A stretch of DNA of 64,000 bases from Octopus vulgaris (GCA_951406725.2 OX597820.1:29760001-29824000), one strand, 5' to 3'; positions 25,201 through 38,465 are shown, counted from the first letter of the stretch. Numbers and translations: made by a program. Notes: generated by a model not told the origin, from the sequence alone.

Positions 25201-25571
25201 AAATAAATGTATATGTATACATAGACGTATATATATGTATATATACTTCGTGGGGTGCCTATATGGATGTATATTTTTTCATTTATATATATATACATTT
25301 GTGTATATATATGTATATATATATCGGTATTTATACAATCGGGTGTGTGTGTGTGCGCGCATGAATCTGTGTGAGCAATATTTTTAACCGCGACGTTCCA
25401 ATTGTATCTGATTCTTCATGTGCATCAATTCTCTTTATGTACATATATTTACGAAGATTGCTGACATTTACTAATGTTTTTCCCCATTGGGTTGATGTAC
25501 CATTTTCTATCATTAATAAAACTGTCGGCATTTTTCACGACACAGATATGCTTGTAGATATGTAAAATTTA

Positions 25572-25633
<62 letters not shown>

Positions 25634-26215
25634 CATATATATATATATATATAATTAATTAATAAGGGTGAGAGAATTAGATACTAATTTAATAGTATAT
25701 CTATTCAACACCAAGTGGCCTAGTGCTCCGAGAAACCTGGATTATTAAAAAATTATAAAATATATATAATACAATCGGGTGTGTGTGTGTGTGCGCATGA
25801 ATCTCAATCCACGCCAATTTTCATAACGATAAATCGCTTTTCATTGATTACTCGACTTATAATTCAAATGCCCCAACTAACACGCGCCAAACTTCACGGA
25901 AAACAAATACAGCATTTAGAAATAAATGCAGCATAATTATAATTAATTAATAAGGGTGAGAGAATTAGATACTAATTTAATAGTATATCTATTCAACACC
26001 AAGTGGCCTAGTGCTCCGAGAAACCTGGATTATTATAATATTTTATAATATATTATAATATTTTTACAAAATAAATATAAGAGAGTGGTCACTATATGGC
26101 TCACTCTAGCACCAGTTAATCCAAAAGGTTTCAACCACAAAAATACATGTTTCCCATGAAAATCAGTACGATTGTTAGCTCACACGGACAGGGCAAATAA
26201 AAAATAACAAAAATA

Positions 26216-26311
26216 CAGATTATTTTGGGACAATTGTTTCGCTATTAATGAATTAAATGTAATTTTACTTACAAAAAAATCCACTTGTAGCTCGTCAGCC
26301 AAAACTATCTG
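26216..26311 (-). ncRNA. Type I hammerhead ribozyme, array copy 1
   Basis: Reverse complement of the motif at 27042-27137; core intact. Confidence 0.8.
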
Positions 26312-27041
26312 GATGAAATCCACTCAATCACACGCCAGATTTTACCATAACGATAAATACGCGTGTGGTTCAATTGATTACATCCGACGTTATAATTCAA
26401 ATGCTCCAACTAACAGCGCGCCAAACTTTCACGGAAAACAAATACAGCATTTAGAAATAAATGCAGCATAATTATAATTAATTAATAAGGGTGAGAGAAT
26501 TAGATACTAATTTAATAGTATATCGACGAGCTACAAGTGGATTTTTTTGTAAGTAAAATTACATTTAATTCATTAATAGCGAAACAATTGTCCCAAAATA
26601 ATCTGTATTTTTGTTATTTTTTATTTGCCCTGTCCGTGTGAGCTAACAATCGTACTGATTTTCATGGGAAACATGTATTTTTGTGGTTGAAACCTTTGGA
26701 TTAACTGGTGCTAGAGTGAGCCATATAGTGACCACTCTCTTATATTTATTTTGTAAAAATATTATAATATATTATAAAATATTATAATAATCCAGGTTTC
26801 TCGAGCCTAGGCCACTTGGTGTTGAATAGATATACTATTAAATTAGTATCTAATTCTCTCACCCTTATTAATTAATTATAATTATGCTGCATTTATTTCT
26901 AAATGCTGTATTTGTTTTCCGTGAAAGTTTGGCGCGCTGTTAGTTGGGGCATTTGAATTATAACGTCGGATGTAATCAATTGAACCACACGCGTATTTAT
27001 CGTTATGGTAAAATCTGGCGTGTGATTGAGTGGATTTCATC

Positions 27042-27137
27042 CAGATAGTTTTGGCTGACGAGCTACAAGTGGATTTTTTTGTAAGTAAAATTACATTTAA
27101 TTCATTAATAGCGAAACAATTGTCCCAAAATAATCTG
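27042..27137 (+). ncRNA. Type I hammerhead ribozyme, array copy 3
   Basis: CAGATAGTTTTGG-CTGACGA(27055-61)-GCTA..TAGC-GAA-ACAATTGT-C(27124)-CCAAAATAATCTG. Stem I is 13 bp (1 GU, 1 mismatch), stem II is extended, stem III is palindromic, cleavage site is GUC. Confidence 0.85.
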
Positions 27138-27552
27138 TATTTTTGTTATTTTTTATTTGCCCTGTCCGTGTGAGCTAACAATCGTACTGATTTTCAAAAA
27201 CATGTATTTTTTGGTTGAAATTGATTTTCGCTGAGCCATTATAGTGACCATTATATTTATTTTGTAAAAATATTATAATATATTATAAAATATTATAATA
27301 ATCCAGGTTTCCGAGCACTAGGCCACTTGGTGTTGAATAGATATACTATTAAATTAGTATCTAATTCTCTCACCCTTATTAATTAATTATAATTATGCTG
27401 CATTTATTTCTAAATGCTGTATTTGTTTTCCGTGAAAGTTTGGCGCGCTGTTAGTTGGGGCATTTGAATTATAACGTCGGATGTAATCAATTGAACCACA
27501 CGCGTATTTATCGTTATGGTAAAATCTGGCGTGTGATTGAGTGGATTTCATC

Positions 27553-27648
27553 CAGATAGTTTTGGCTGACGAGCTACAAGTGGATTTTTTTGTAAGTAAA
27601 ATTACATTTAATTCATTAATAGCGAAACAATTGTCCCAAAATAATCTG
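27553..27648 (+). ncRNA. Type I hammerhead ribozyme, array copy 4
   Basis: Same motif; CTGACGA at 27566-27572, GUC ending at 27635. Confidence 0.85.
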
Positions 27649-27790
27649 TATTTTTGTTATTTTTTATTTGCCCTGTCCGTGTGAGCTAACAATCGTACTG
27701 ATTTTCATGGGAAACATGTATTTTTGTGGTTGAAACCTTTTGGATTAACTGGTGCTAGAGTGAGCCATATAGTGACCACTCTCTTATATT

Positions 27791-27840
<50 letters not shown>

Positions 27841-27843
<3 letters not shown>

Positions 27844-28230
27844 CGCAGGAGTGGCTGTGTGGCAAGTAGCTTGCTTACCAGCCACATGGTTCTGGATTCA
27901 GTCCCACTGCGTGGCACCTTGGGCAAGTGTCTTCTATTATAGCCTCGGGCCGACCAAAGCCTTGTGAGTGGATTTGGTTGACGGAAACTGAAAGAATCCC
28001 GTCGTACATATATATGTATGTGTGTATGTGTGTTAGTGTGTCTGTGTTTGTCCCCCAACATCGCTTGACAACCGATGCTGGTGTGTTTACGTCCCCGTCA
28101 CCTAGCGGTTCGGCAAGAGAGGCCGATGAAATAAGTACCAGGCTTACAGAATCTTGGGGTCGATTTGCTCGATTAAAGGCGGTGCTCCAGCATGGCCGCA
28201 GTCAAATGACTGAAACAAATAAAAGAATAA
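27841..28230 (+). mobile_element. SINE family A, full length
   Basis: Head-to-tail match to 906-1362. Confidence 0.9.
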
Positions 28231-28235
28231 CAGTA

Positions 28236-28417
28236 TACATGTTTGTATGTATGCATATATTTTATTTATTACACTATTGTATGACTGAGCGCCTTCGCGT
28301 TGATTCGATTCGATTCGTTTGGTTTCGTTTCATTTCTTCTTCTCTAAGCTGGTTTTTATATATAATTATGACGCGAAACTCCATAACTCCTTCTCTCTTT
28401 CTTTCACCCCCTTTTGC

Positions 28418-28462
<45 letters not shown>

Positions 28463-29134
28463 TCCTCATCTCTCTCACAGCCGGGTCTACGAACTTCCTT
28501 TCGCTGGCGGCCTTATTCAAGTAAACATGTTTCTTCCTGCGCTCGTGAAAAAATTTTTTTCCTCGTCTAGGCTTATAGGCCCTCTTTATTTGTTTTCCTG
28601 TCCTGTTTCTATTCCTTCTTGTACTGTATTTCTTGTAATTGTATTTTTATTTTGTATTTGTTCTTAATTGTATTGTTTTTACGTCCTGTTTTTGTCACAT
28701 TTTTTTTCCTTGTTTTTACCCCTCTGCAAAGGAATTTTATTTAATTCTTTCGCAGGAAGGACTAGTTCGACGAGACGTGTTCTGTCCTCACCTTCAAAAC
28801 ACGCTGGAGTTGAACTAGGGACGGCTGATGAAGGGGATTTTTCCTTGTGTAGTTGTCTTGTACTCTGTTTTTTCGTTGTTAAAGGAATGGTCCGTTCCAT
28901 GCTGTTTTTACGTTTTCGTTTCTCGTTGAGTTCTACGTCTATTTGTGGTGTCCTGTACACACGTATATATATTTATATATGCATGTATATATACATGTAG
29001 ATGTAGGTACGTACATATATGTTTGTATGTATGCATATATTTTATTTATTACACTATTGTATGACTGAGCGCCTTCGCGTCGAATCGATTCGATTCGTTT
29101 TGATTTCGTTTCGTTTCTTCTTCTTCTCTAAGCT

Positions 29135-29142
<8 letters not shown>
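28236..29142 (+). mobile_element. Penelope-like pLTR element with ~125-bp terminal direct repeats
   Basis: Direct repeat at ~28236-28362 / ~29016-29142; internal CTGATGAAGGGG at ~28825; ends in (TA)n; related sequence inverted at 61065-61690. Confidence 0.55.
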
Positions 29143-29197
<55 letters not shown>

Positions 29198-29559
29198 TTT
29201 TTTCTGTTAAACACATGTTCTGAATCGAAACCTTATTTTTGTTTTGTTTTACTTTGATAAATTTATTTTAATCAATCAGAATTATCCACCTTGTTATTGG
29301 TTTAGAAACTGACAAGTATCAAGCTTCCTCCAAAGTCACATTTCCCTCTCGTTATTAATGAAATGACAAAACAAATTCTCATAATTTCTTCTTTCTTCAT
29401 GACAGTATTTGACAAGTTTAAATTATTGGTAATCGTTTTAATTTTTATGAAACATGGTAATTTCATAATCGCAAGAAAGGCCTAAATATGTATGTACATA
29501 ACTACAAAGACAATGAGTATTAGCAAGACGGACGAAAAAGGAATATAATGTTTATGGAC

Positions 29560-29672
29560 AAGAGTGGCTGTGTGGTAAGTAGATTGCTTACCAACCACAT
29601 GGTTCCGGGCAAGTGTCTTCTACTATAGCCTCGGGCCGACCAAAGCCTTGTGAGTGGATTTGGTAGACGGAA

Positions 29673-29724
<52 letters not shown>

Positions 29725-29960
29725 CTATGTATGTATGTGTATATGTTTGTGTGCCTGTGTTTCTCCCCCAACATCGCTTGACAACCGATGCTGGTATGTT
29801 TACGTCCCCGTAACTTAGCGGTTCAGCAAAAGAGGCCGATACAATAAGTACTAGGCTTACAAAGAATAAGTCCTGGGGTCGATTTGCTCGACTAAAAGCG
29901 GTGCCCCAGCATGGCCGCAATCAAATGACTGAAACAAGTAAAAGAGTAAAGAGTAAAGAA
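29560..29960 (+). mobile_element. SINE family A (small internal deletions)
   Basis: Match to 906-1362 including the (TAAAAGAG)n tail. Confidence 0.9.
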
Positions 29961-30039
29961 TGACGCTTGAACAAATTTAAAAAAAGCTTCCAATAATCGG
30001 TAATGCAGCTCTGTGTAGAAAAAGTTAGTCAAAGAATAG

Positions 30040-30515
30040 ATAAGGCTAAAACTGCATTTATAAACATACAAAGGACCTTCAGCTTAAAAGACACAACACC
30101 GAACTTAAAACTGAGATGAATAAACTGTTGTTTACTATGAGGCAGACGTTTGGACAATGTACAGAACAATGGAGAAGATAAATGCTGTTGAGATATGGAC
30201 AGAATAAGCTGAAAAGACAGGATAACAAACGCTGCCGTTTTAGAAAAGCTGAAAGTTCAAAGAGAATTATTGTCGAGAATCAAGTCTAGAAAGCTATTAT
30301 ATTTTGCACAGACAATGCACCACCACTGCCCTAATAGGAAATGTAGAGAGAAAGAGAATAAGAGATCGTCAAAAATGTTTGTAGGGTAACATCAAAGGAT
30401 GGACAGGAAGCAAGAGCCTGGTTGATTGTATGTATGCAGCACAACACGGAGGGAACTTCAGAGTTATGGCAAGTCGACCTCTGGGTACAGGGAGGGAACC
30501 TAACTGATGACGATG
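30040..30515 (+). mobile_element. RTE-clade LINE 3' fragment, decayed
   Basis: Remnants EKINAVEIW, RIS*KDRITNAAVLEKL..RELLSRIKSRKLLYFA, GNIKGWTG; (TGA)n-like tail. Confidence 0.7.
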
Positions 30516-30922
30516 GTCTTTTTTCCATTCTTCACATCCCATTTCCTGGCTCCATTGCACTAGACGCCACAAAAGAACTGATCACTCACCGACATGGCCT
30601 ACAAGGGGTTCAGTCCGTACAATTGTCCGAGCTTAGAGAGAGAAGGGTGTCCTGCGAATATCTGACAGTTCTATCCTTAAAAATAAAATAAAAAATAAAA
30701 TAAACAATAAACAAACAAGCAATTAAATAAATAAATAAACCTCACCCACTGCCCTTTTACAATTTTAAGAGGTTATCTCTCTTTTGGATCCCCCGAAAGC
30801 AGCCATATTCCACCACTTTGCAAAATTTCTGATGGAAGCCCTGAAATTACTTGTAACGTAATTTGACATAATTTTTGCAATTCTTTAACCTTTTCTCCAG
30901 TGCTATTTCCTTTTTTCTGTAG

Positions 30923-30982
30923 GAACTAATTGAAACAATGAACAATTTGAAAAGTTTGCGGTGGCGGATGGAAAGAGACAAG
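30923..30982 (+). other. Candidate 60-bp exon (ELIETMNNLKSLRWRMERDK), gene unidentified
   Basis: Long polypyrimidine tract plus AG at 30921-22 and AAG|GTGAAC donor; open frame; no family recognised. Confidence 0.2.
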
Positions 30983-31493
30983 GTGAACGTAGTGAGCTGT
31001 TTTTATGATTTTCAGAAAAAAAGAATATCAAACCAAGAAGAAACTGCATCGGGTGAAAATACGAAATAAATATCGCCATTTCCGGCGGAAGCGCTCGGCG
31101 GTGCTGCGGTAAGAAAAGTCTGTAACGAATCTATGTCAGCAAAGAAACGAAAATGGCTTAGAGATTGCATTCTTCCGTTTTTTTTACTGTGGTTGTATAT
31201 TCATTACTTATTTCGTAGGTCAAGAAACTAACAACTATTGAGGGTTTTTTTTTTGTGCACGCGTGGGTGCGTGAGAAAGAGACGGAAGTTAACCATAAAA
31301 AAACTGGTTGTTGATTACAGCAGCAACATGAGAGGGATATGTATTCAAAGGATCTACACCTCGCAACCACAGGATATGAGATAGGTGGTCTTGGAATAAT
31401 CGTAGCAGAGATTGGTGAAGAAGTATGTTCCAGATCATTGGTTCTCAACCGTTTGTACCTCAGCGCCCTCTTTCAATGAATAGAGTTTCACGT

Positions 31494-31553
<60 letters not shown>

Positions 31554-31592
31554 GTATATGTGTAGGTCTGTGCCTGGGTGCATGTATGTATG

Positions 31593-31628
<36 letters not shown>

Positions 31629-31729
31629 TATGTGTGTGTATACATACGTACATTTATGTATATATATGAGTGTATGTGTGTGTGTCTGTCTGTCTGTCTG
31701 TCTGTATGTATGTATGTATGTATGTATGC

Positions 31730-31792
<63 letters not shown>

Positions 31793-32339
31793 ATTAATAA
31801 AATATGTTAAACACTTAGAGTATGCAAATTAGAAACCCCAGTTTCCTGTAGCTAGTAGATTTGTTAAGTATATAAACCGATTGGCTTCATGCTTCTCTGG
31901 GATCAGTCAAATTGATGTAGATAATTCTGGTTCAAAAATAAATGTAGAATGTTCATCATTTTTTTCTCGTTTGTTTGTTTGTTTGTTCAAACTACGGAGA
32001 CATAGCTAAATCTACCTTGCTTATGTATCTACTATACAGGTTACATATAATTATTTTAGATGTTAAGTGAGACAAAAGCTGGTGAGAAGGAGAAAGTCAT
32101 CCTCAGACTGAAGACATACCCTGAATGCTTACAACAGAACGGATTCCGCTAATAGCAGCCAATGTGCCCGGTGGTGATGTTAAACCAGGCAACGGACAAA
32201 GACTGTCAACAAAGTTGGCTTTGACGGGATTTGAACTCGGAATTTAAAAGGTGCGGAACAAATAAGGCATTTTACATTCTGAATTCAAGTTCAACCGAAT
32301 CGACTTCGGTTGAACTTGAACGTCTAGTGATAGAATCAA

Positions 32340-33060
32340 TTAGGCGGCGAGCTGGCAGAATCATTAGCACGCTGGACGAAATGCTTAGCGGCATTTTGTC
32401 TGTTTTTACGCTTTGAGTTCAAATTTCGCCGAGGTTGACCTTGCATTTCATTCTTTCAGGGTCGATAAGTGCTTAGCGGTAGTTCGCCAGTCGCTACGCC
32501 CTGATTTCAAATTCCGCCAAAGTCGACTTTGCCTTTCATCACTTCGGGTTCGATAAATTAAGTTATAAGTGAAACAATGGACTCAATGTACTTGACTAGC
32601 CCCGCACCCCCAAATTTCAGACCTTGTGCCTTTAGTAAGAAGGATTATTACTGAAGGTAGCAAGCTGACAGAATCGTTAGTACGCTGGGTGAAATACTTA
32701 GCGGTATTTCGTCTGCCGTTACGTTCTGAGTTCAAATTCCGCCGAGGTCGACTTTGCCTTTCATTCTTTCGGGGTCGATAAATTAAGTACCCTGTTACGC
32801 ACTGGGGTCGATGTAATCGATTTAATCCCTTTGTTTGTCCTTGTTTGTCCCTCTATATTTAGCTCCTTGTGGGCAATAAAGAAATAAGAATCGTTAGTAC
32901 GCCGGGCAAAATGCTCAGCAGTACTTCATCCGTCTTTACGTTTTATGTTCAAATTCCACTGAGGTCAACTTTGCCTTTCACCCTTTCGAGGTGGATAAAA
33001 TAAGTACCAGTTGAGTATTAGGTCGATGTAAACGACTAGACCTACTTCTCCAAAATTGTA
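32340..33060 (+). mobile_element. Cluster of SINE family B copies
   Basis: Several heads and bodies; restart junction AAAGAAATA|AGAATCGTTAG at 32886/32887. Confidence 0.85.
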
Positions 33061-33166
33061 CCCCAAGATAGAGAGAAAACTATAAGAACTAAGGCAGCGA
33101 TTTAGCAGAATCGTTTGTGCGTCGATAAAATAAGCAAGTCATTACCTACAAGTGATTATTAAAATA

Positions 33167-33605
33167 CTAGCAGTATAGCCCAGCGCTGCTCGGGTTTGCT
33201 TTTTAGTTGCGCTTAAAACGGCAGACTTTGATGTCGCGTTAACAAAGTTCTGATATAGTTTCAATCTTTTTTGAAAAGTAAAAATTTTGCATTATGTAGC
33301 TTGTTATTCTCTTTAAGTGAACATTTTCCTGGTTGAAATACACCGAAAAATGGCGACACAGCAGTCAAAAAGTCGTAAAAAATAGGGATTTTCATAGAAA
33401 AAAAGCACCTTTTATATGTAAATAATTTTTAGTTTTAACCTGGTCCGATTTGAATTTTTTCTTCTACGGAATGAAGAGCAAGCCTTCTTCTATCATACTC
33501 TCAACTTGCGCCGCAGGGTCTCGGAGGAGATAGTGTTAGTTGAAGGTTACCAAACCTGCCACACACACATACACACACAGACAATTTCAGCTTTATATGT
33601 ATAGA
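33167..33605 (-). mobile_element. Non-autonomous Helitron, 439 bp, complete termini
   Basis: Minus strand A|TCTATACATATAAAG ... hairpin CCCGAGCAGCGCTGGG ... CTAG|T. Inserted at an AT dinucleotide without TSD, inside an old SINE B. Confidence 0.8.
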
Positions 33606-33909
33606 TTCATCAGTTGAGCACTGTGGTCGATTATATCGACTAATCCACTCACGCTCTGAAACTACTGGACTTGAATTGAAATGTGAAACTTTTGTCAGAA
33701 CAGCAAGAAATAAGCATCTTGTAAACCGACACTGTAAACGGATTTAGTTTCTCGGCTGATACAAGTTGCCTTCACTGAGACACAGCCACTGCCTTGTTCA
33801 AAAGCAAAAACTCCACAATACTCTGTTTTCCTCTTCCCCTAAAATTATAGGGTTCTTGGGCCCCAAACAAAAAGAACCCCGTATTACACTTCCTTTTAAT
33901 GCCACTGTT

Positions 33910-33923
33910 TTGCTCTCTCCCTC

Positions 33924-33961
<38 letters not shown>

Positions 33962-34175
33962 TCTCTCTCTTTCCTTTTTCCTTTTCTATTTACCTCCCGA
34001 TATAGCTCTGTCTCTGTCTGTCATTCTCTCTCCCCCTCTTTCTCTATAGCTCTCTATCTACCGAAACATATCCGTCATTCACTATGTCAACCTCTTCTCT
34101 CCCTCTCTATCTCCCTCCCTCTCTGTAACCACACACACCCACATCAATATCTCTGTCACTCTCTTCCCACCACGC

Positions 34176-34231
<56 letters not shown>

Positions 34232-34401
34232 CCTATCTAGCTGCCTGTGTGTCTGTCTCTGTCTATCTATCACTCTCTCACTTTCTGTTCCTTCACTCTC
34301 TTTCTCTCTCTGTTTCTCTCTCTCCCTTCTTTTCTCCTCCTCTCCTTACCAGTCTATATTTTTCTCCGCCTCTGTCTATCAGTCTCTTTTCTGTCTGTCT
34401 G

Positions 34402-34448
<47 letters not shown>

Positions 34449-35115
34449 GTCTACCTCTCTCTCTATCTCTCTCTCTCTATCTACCTCTCTCTAACTGCCT
34501 CTCTCTCTATCTATCTTCCTCTCTCTCTAGCACTCTGCCTCTCTCTTTGTCTATTTCTCTCTTCATCTAACTGTCTCTCTCTGTCTATCCCTCTCTCGCT
34601 CTATCTCCCTCTCTCTTTCTATGTACCTCCCTTCTCTCTATGTATACCCCTCTCTCTTCATCTCTCTCTCCCTTGATCATATCAATATTGCAACTGTCTC
34701 TCTCTCTATCTACCCCTCTCTCCTTCTCTCTCTATGTACCTCCCCTCTCTCTATGCATACCCCTCTCTCTATGCATACCCCTCTCTCTATGCATACCCCT
34801 CTCTCTTCATCTCTCTCTCTCTCCCCTGATCTATTATCAATAATGCAACTGTCTCTCTCTCTCTCTCTGTCTACCCCTCTCTCCTTCTCTCTCTACGTAC
34901 CTCCCCTCTCTCTCTTCATCTCTCTCCCTCCCCTGATCATATCAATAATGCAACTGTCTCTCTCTCTCTGTCTACCCCTCTCTCCCTCTCTATATATATA
35001 CCTCCTCTCTCTCTCTATGTATACCCCTCTCTTTTCATCTCTCTCTCTATGTATACCCCTCTCTTTTCATCTCTCTCTGCCCCTCTCCCTCTCCTGATCA
35101 TGTTGTCAATAATGC
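33910..35115. repeat. CT-rich low-complexity tract with higher-order minisatellite units
   Basis: (CT)n/(CTAT)n/(CTTT)n; motif TGATCATATCAATAATGCAACTGTCTC recurs near 34673, 34827, 34934 and 35094. Confidence 0.85.
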
Positions 35116-36068
35116 AGCTGCTTCTCAAATGACTCCCACTGTTGCACTACCTGCTGCTGATAGTCTCATTGTTCTTGCTTTGTCTTATTTTATTTCATTT
35201 CATTCTCTTCTTTCTTTTGTAATTTATCGGTGTGAGACACTTGACACCTCTCATTTGCAATGTCTTCTTCATATCCCGACATTAAAAACATAACATCATT
35301 GTTGCTTTGTTGTTGCTGTTGTTGATGATGATGATGATAATGATGATGATGATGATAATGATGATGTTTTTGTACTATAATCAAAAACGTTCAAGCCAGA
35401 CTATTCTTTCTTTCTTTCTTTCTTTCTTTCTTATTCTTTTAGAACTCCACCTCAATCGTTTTATTATCCATTGAAAAAAAAAAAAATGCTTTTCTGGGGG
35501 CTGAAAAAAAAAAAGGGGTACTGTTTAGAATATCAAGCAATCAGAATTTGTAAAAACAAATCTTATTTTAAACAAAATAAAAAAGTTATTTTTCTTGAAA
35601 AACAAAAGAGGGGGAGGGTGGAAGGTATGGCCGTGTGGTTAAGGAGCTTGCTTTGCTACCATGTGATTTCGGGTTCAGTCCTACAGTATGGTACCTTGGG
35701 CAAATGTCTTCTACTATAGTCACAGACCGATCAATGCTTTGTGAGTGAAATTGGTACACGGAAACTGTGTGGAAGCCCATCGTATATATAGTGAAAGAGG
35801 GGGGAGGGTTAAAGTGTGACACACTGACACACAGAAATTAGTTTTCGCATTTATTATATTAGATATATACGACGGGCTTCTTTCAGTTTCCTCTACCAAA
35901 TTTACTCACAAGGCTTTGGTCGGCTAGGGGCTATAGTAGAAGACACTTGCCCAAGGTGTCACGCGGTGGGACTGAACACGGAACCATGTGGTTGGGAAGC
36001 AATCCTCTTACCACTCTCAGCCACGCCTATATTATATCTATCTGTCTGTCTGTCTATCTATCTGTCTG

Positions 36069-36139
<71 letters not shown>

Positions 36140-36178
36140 GTCTGTCTGTCTGTATGTATGTGTCTGTATGTATGTCTA

Positions 36179-36282
<104 letters not shown>

Positions 36283-37043
36283 GTCTATCTATGTGTCTCC
36301 CAGTCTTAGTGTGTGTACGTGTGTGTGCAATATGGCTGTTTTGGAACTGAGGAGACCATAGATTAAATGAGTACTCAATACACGTGTTATGTAGCGTGCA
36401 TATGGTTATTTGCGAGCAAAAAGCCCTACAGCAAGTTTATCCGTTTCAGCAGATACAGTGAAAACGCTAAAGATTCACGTCATCCGAGGCAAATATTTCC
36501 TTTGTGCGCCGGGTACGCATGGATACGTGGTCAGCATACAGAGAGTAAATTAATAACATAATGAGATTCACAGCATATTTAAAATTGACAATTCTCCATT
36601 TCAAACCTGATTAATAAACTGATAATGACTGATAAGAGCTGGCAGAATCGATAGTGCGTCGAACAAAATGCTTAGCGGCAAGCCTTCCGGTTCTTTACGT
36701 TCTGCTCTTAAATATCTCCGAGTTCGGCTTTGCTTTTTTTTTTTATCCTTTCGGGGTCGATGAAAGTAAATACCAGGTACACACTGGAATCAATGTAATC
36801 GACTAGCTCTTTTCCTCCAAAATTTCAGGCTCTGTGCCTTTAATAGAAAGGATTACTTTCTTTATCGCATTTCACCCCCATTTCCATTTTTTCCCCTCTC
36901 TCCTTTATTTAAATCCGCACACAAATTGTTGTCTCTTCTTGTGATATCCCTCTCATCTGTGCCAATGTGGCTAATAAAACATGAATTGGGTCCTTGTGGC
37001 CAATAAAAGAAATAATAATAATAATTATTATCATTATCACTGA

Positions 37044-37440
37044 GAAGGCGGCGAGCTGGCAGAATCGTTAGCATGTCAGGCGAAATGCTTAGCGGTATTT
37101 CGTCTGCCGTTACGTTCTGAGTTCAAATTCCGCCGAGGCCGACTTTGCCTTTCATCCTTTCGAGGTCGATAAATTAAGTACCAGTTACACACTGGGGTCG
37201 ATGTAATCGACTTAATCCGTTTGTCTGTCCTTGTTTGTCCTCTCTGTGTTTAGCCCCTTTTGGGCAGTAAAGAAATAGGTATTTCATCTGTCCTTACGTT
37301 CTATGTTCAAATTCCATCGAGGTCGACTTTACCTTTCATCCTTTCGTGGTCGATAAAATGAGTACCAGTTGAACACTAGGGTCGAAGTAATCGACTCATC
37401 CCCATCTCCCCTAAGCTGCCCTTACGGCAAATATTTGAAA
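37044..37440 (+). mobile_element. SINE family B young copy plus restart into older copy
   Basis: Junction AAAGAAATAG|GTATTTCATC at ~37278. Confidence 0.85.
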
Positions 37441-37449
37441 TAATGATTA

Positions 37450-38465
37450 TTATTATTTCTCTTTATCATAGGTTTTGTTGGAGCTCCTAGAGTCTTACAT
37501 GCGTGGCAAGCCTGCTATCTACAGTTTACGGTACCATGCTATCCATTGTTTTCACTTATATAACAATTTTCTTGATTATTCTGGCCGTGCCAATGAAGCA
37601 AACCTTTTGTAACAGTTCTACTGGGTACTCTATTCCAATTTCCTTTATATTCCCCTTGATGCCTTCTGATACTGTTCTCAAGGTCCCAACAATAATTGGC
37701 ACTATTTTTACCTTGTTCATTTTCCATAGCCGATTTATTTTGTACTTAAGAGGGTTGTATTCATCTATCTTTTCACCTTCCTTCTTGACTATTCGTGGAC
37801 CAAAGGGGCATGCAACATTAACTATATAGCATATGTGATGCATCTTATCCACCAACACTAGGTCCGGTCTGTTATGCTCTAGCACTTAATCTGTTTGGAT
37901 TGGGAAATCTCAAAGGATTTAGCTAATCTCCGACTCCGCAACTCTCTGCTGTTTGTGCTCATACCACGTCTTGCCTCTCTCTCTACCCGCCAATTTTCGC
38001 ACAGTTTCCAATGTAGCACTTCGCTACCTGATCGTGTTGCCACAACTCGTAGTGGTTTTGAGCAAATCTGGGGGCAATGATATGGGCAATGGTTTCATCC
38101 ACTCTATTGTAATTGCGGCACAGCGGAACCACTTGTTCATTCTAAAGTTTGGCCCTCCAGTTCGTGGCCAACGCGTGGTCTTGCGCTGCCAGTATAGTGT
38201 TTGTTCTTTTCATCAGCCAATCCTACCTATTTTTTCCAGCAACTTCTGTTGTGGCTACATGGAATTGATTGTGTAGTCCCTACTTGCGTAATTCTTCTTC
38301 ATGTCCTTTTTGTACTTCTTCCTTTGCTTTTCCTATTTTTCTCTGCTTCCAATACTCCCTCATTCCTGTCACTAGCAAGGTTTCCTTACTTTGGGCCAGG
38401 TATCTCATTAAGCTCTCGAGTTCGATACGCACGTGGTGAGCTAGCAAGATCGTTACCAAGCTGAA
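37450..38465 (-). mobile_element. R4/Dong LINE 3' ~1 kb (zinc-knuckle remnant plus restriction-like endonuclease) ending in (TAA)n
   Basis: ORF 37556-37885: HNRPDLVLVDK..YIVNVACP..EKIDEY..L..INRLW..VKIVPIIVGTL..LQKVCFIGTARII. Upstream: ILAAQDHALATN, LCR....DETIAHII, LHWKLC, WYEHK, KIL*DFPIQTD. Confidence 0.9.

Larger units (their letters stand above)
25652..27795. repeat. Tandem plus inverted array of a ~535-bp ORF-less unit, each unit carrying a hammerhead ribozyme (retrozyme / non-autonomous Penelope-like)
   Basis: Landmark AAGGGTGAGAG at 25952 and 26487 (period 535); inversion at 26524/26525; plus-strand units continue to 27795; flanked by (TA)n on both sides. Confidence 0.85.

Noticed and set aside
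25745-25920. Apparently diverged extra array unit containing a copy of 25333-25368
   Set aside because: Scattered single-base deletions and the chimeric insert look like uncorrected long-read or assembly error (likewise 27190-27260), so it is not treated as biological divergence.
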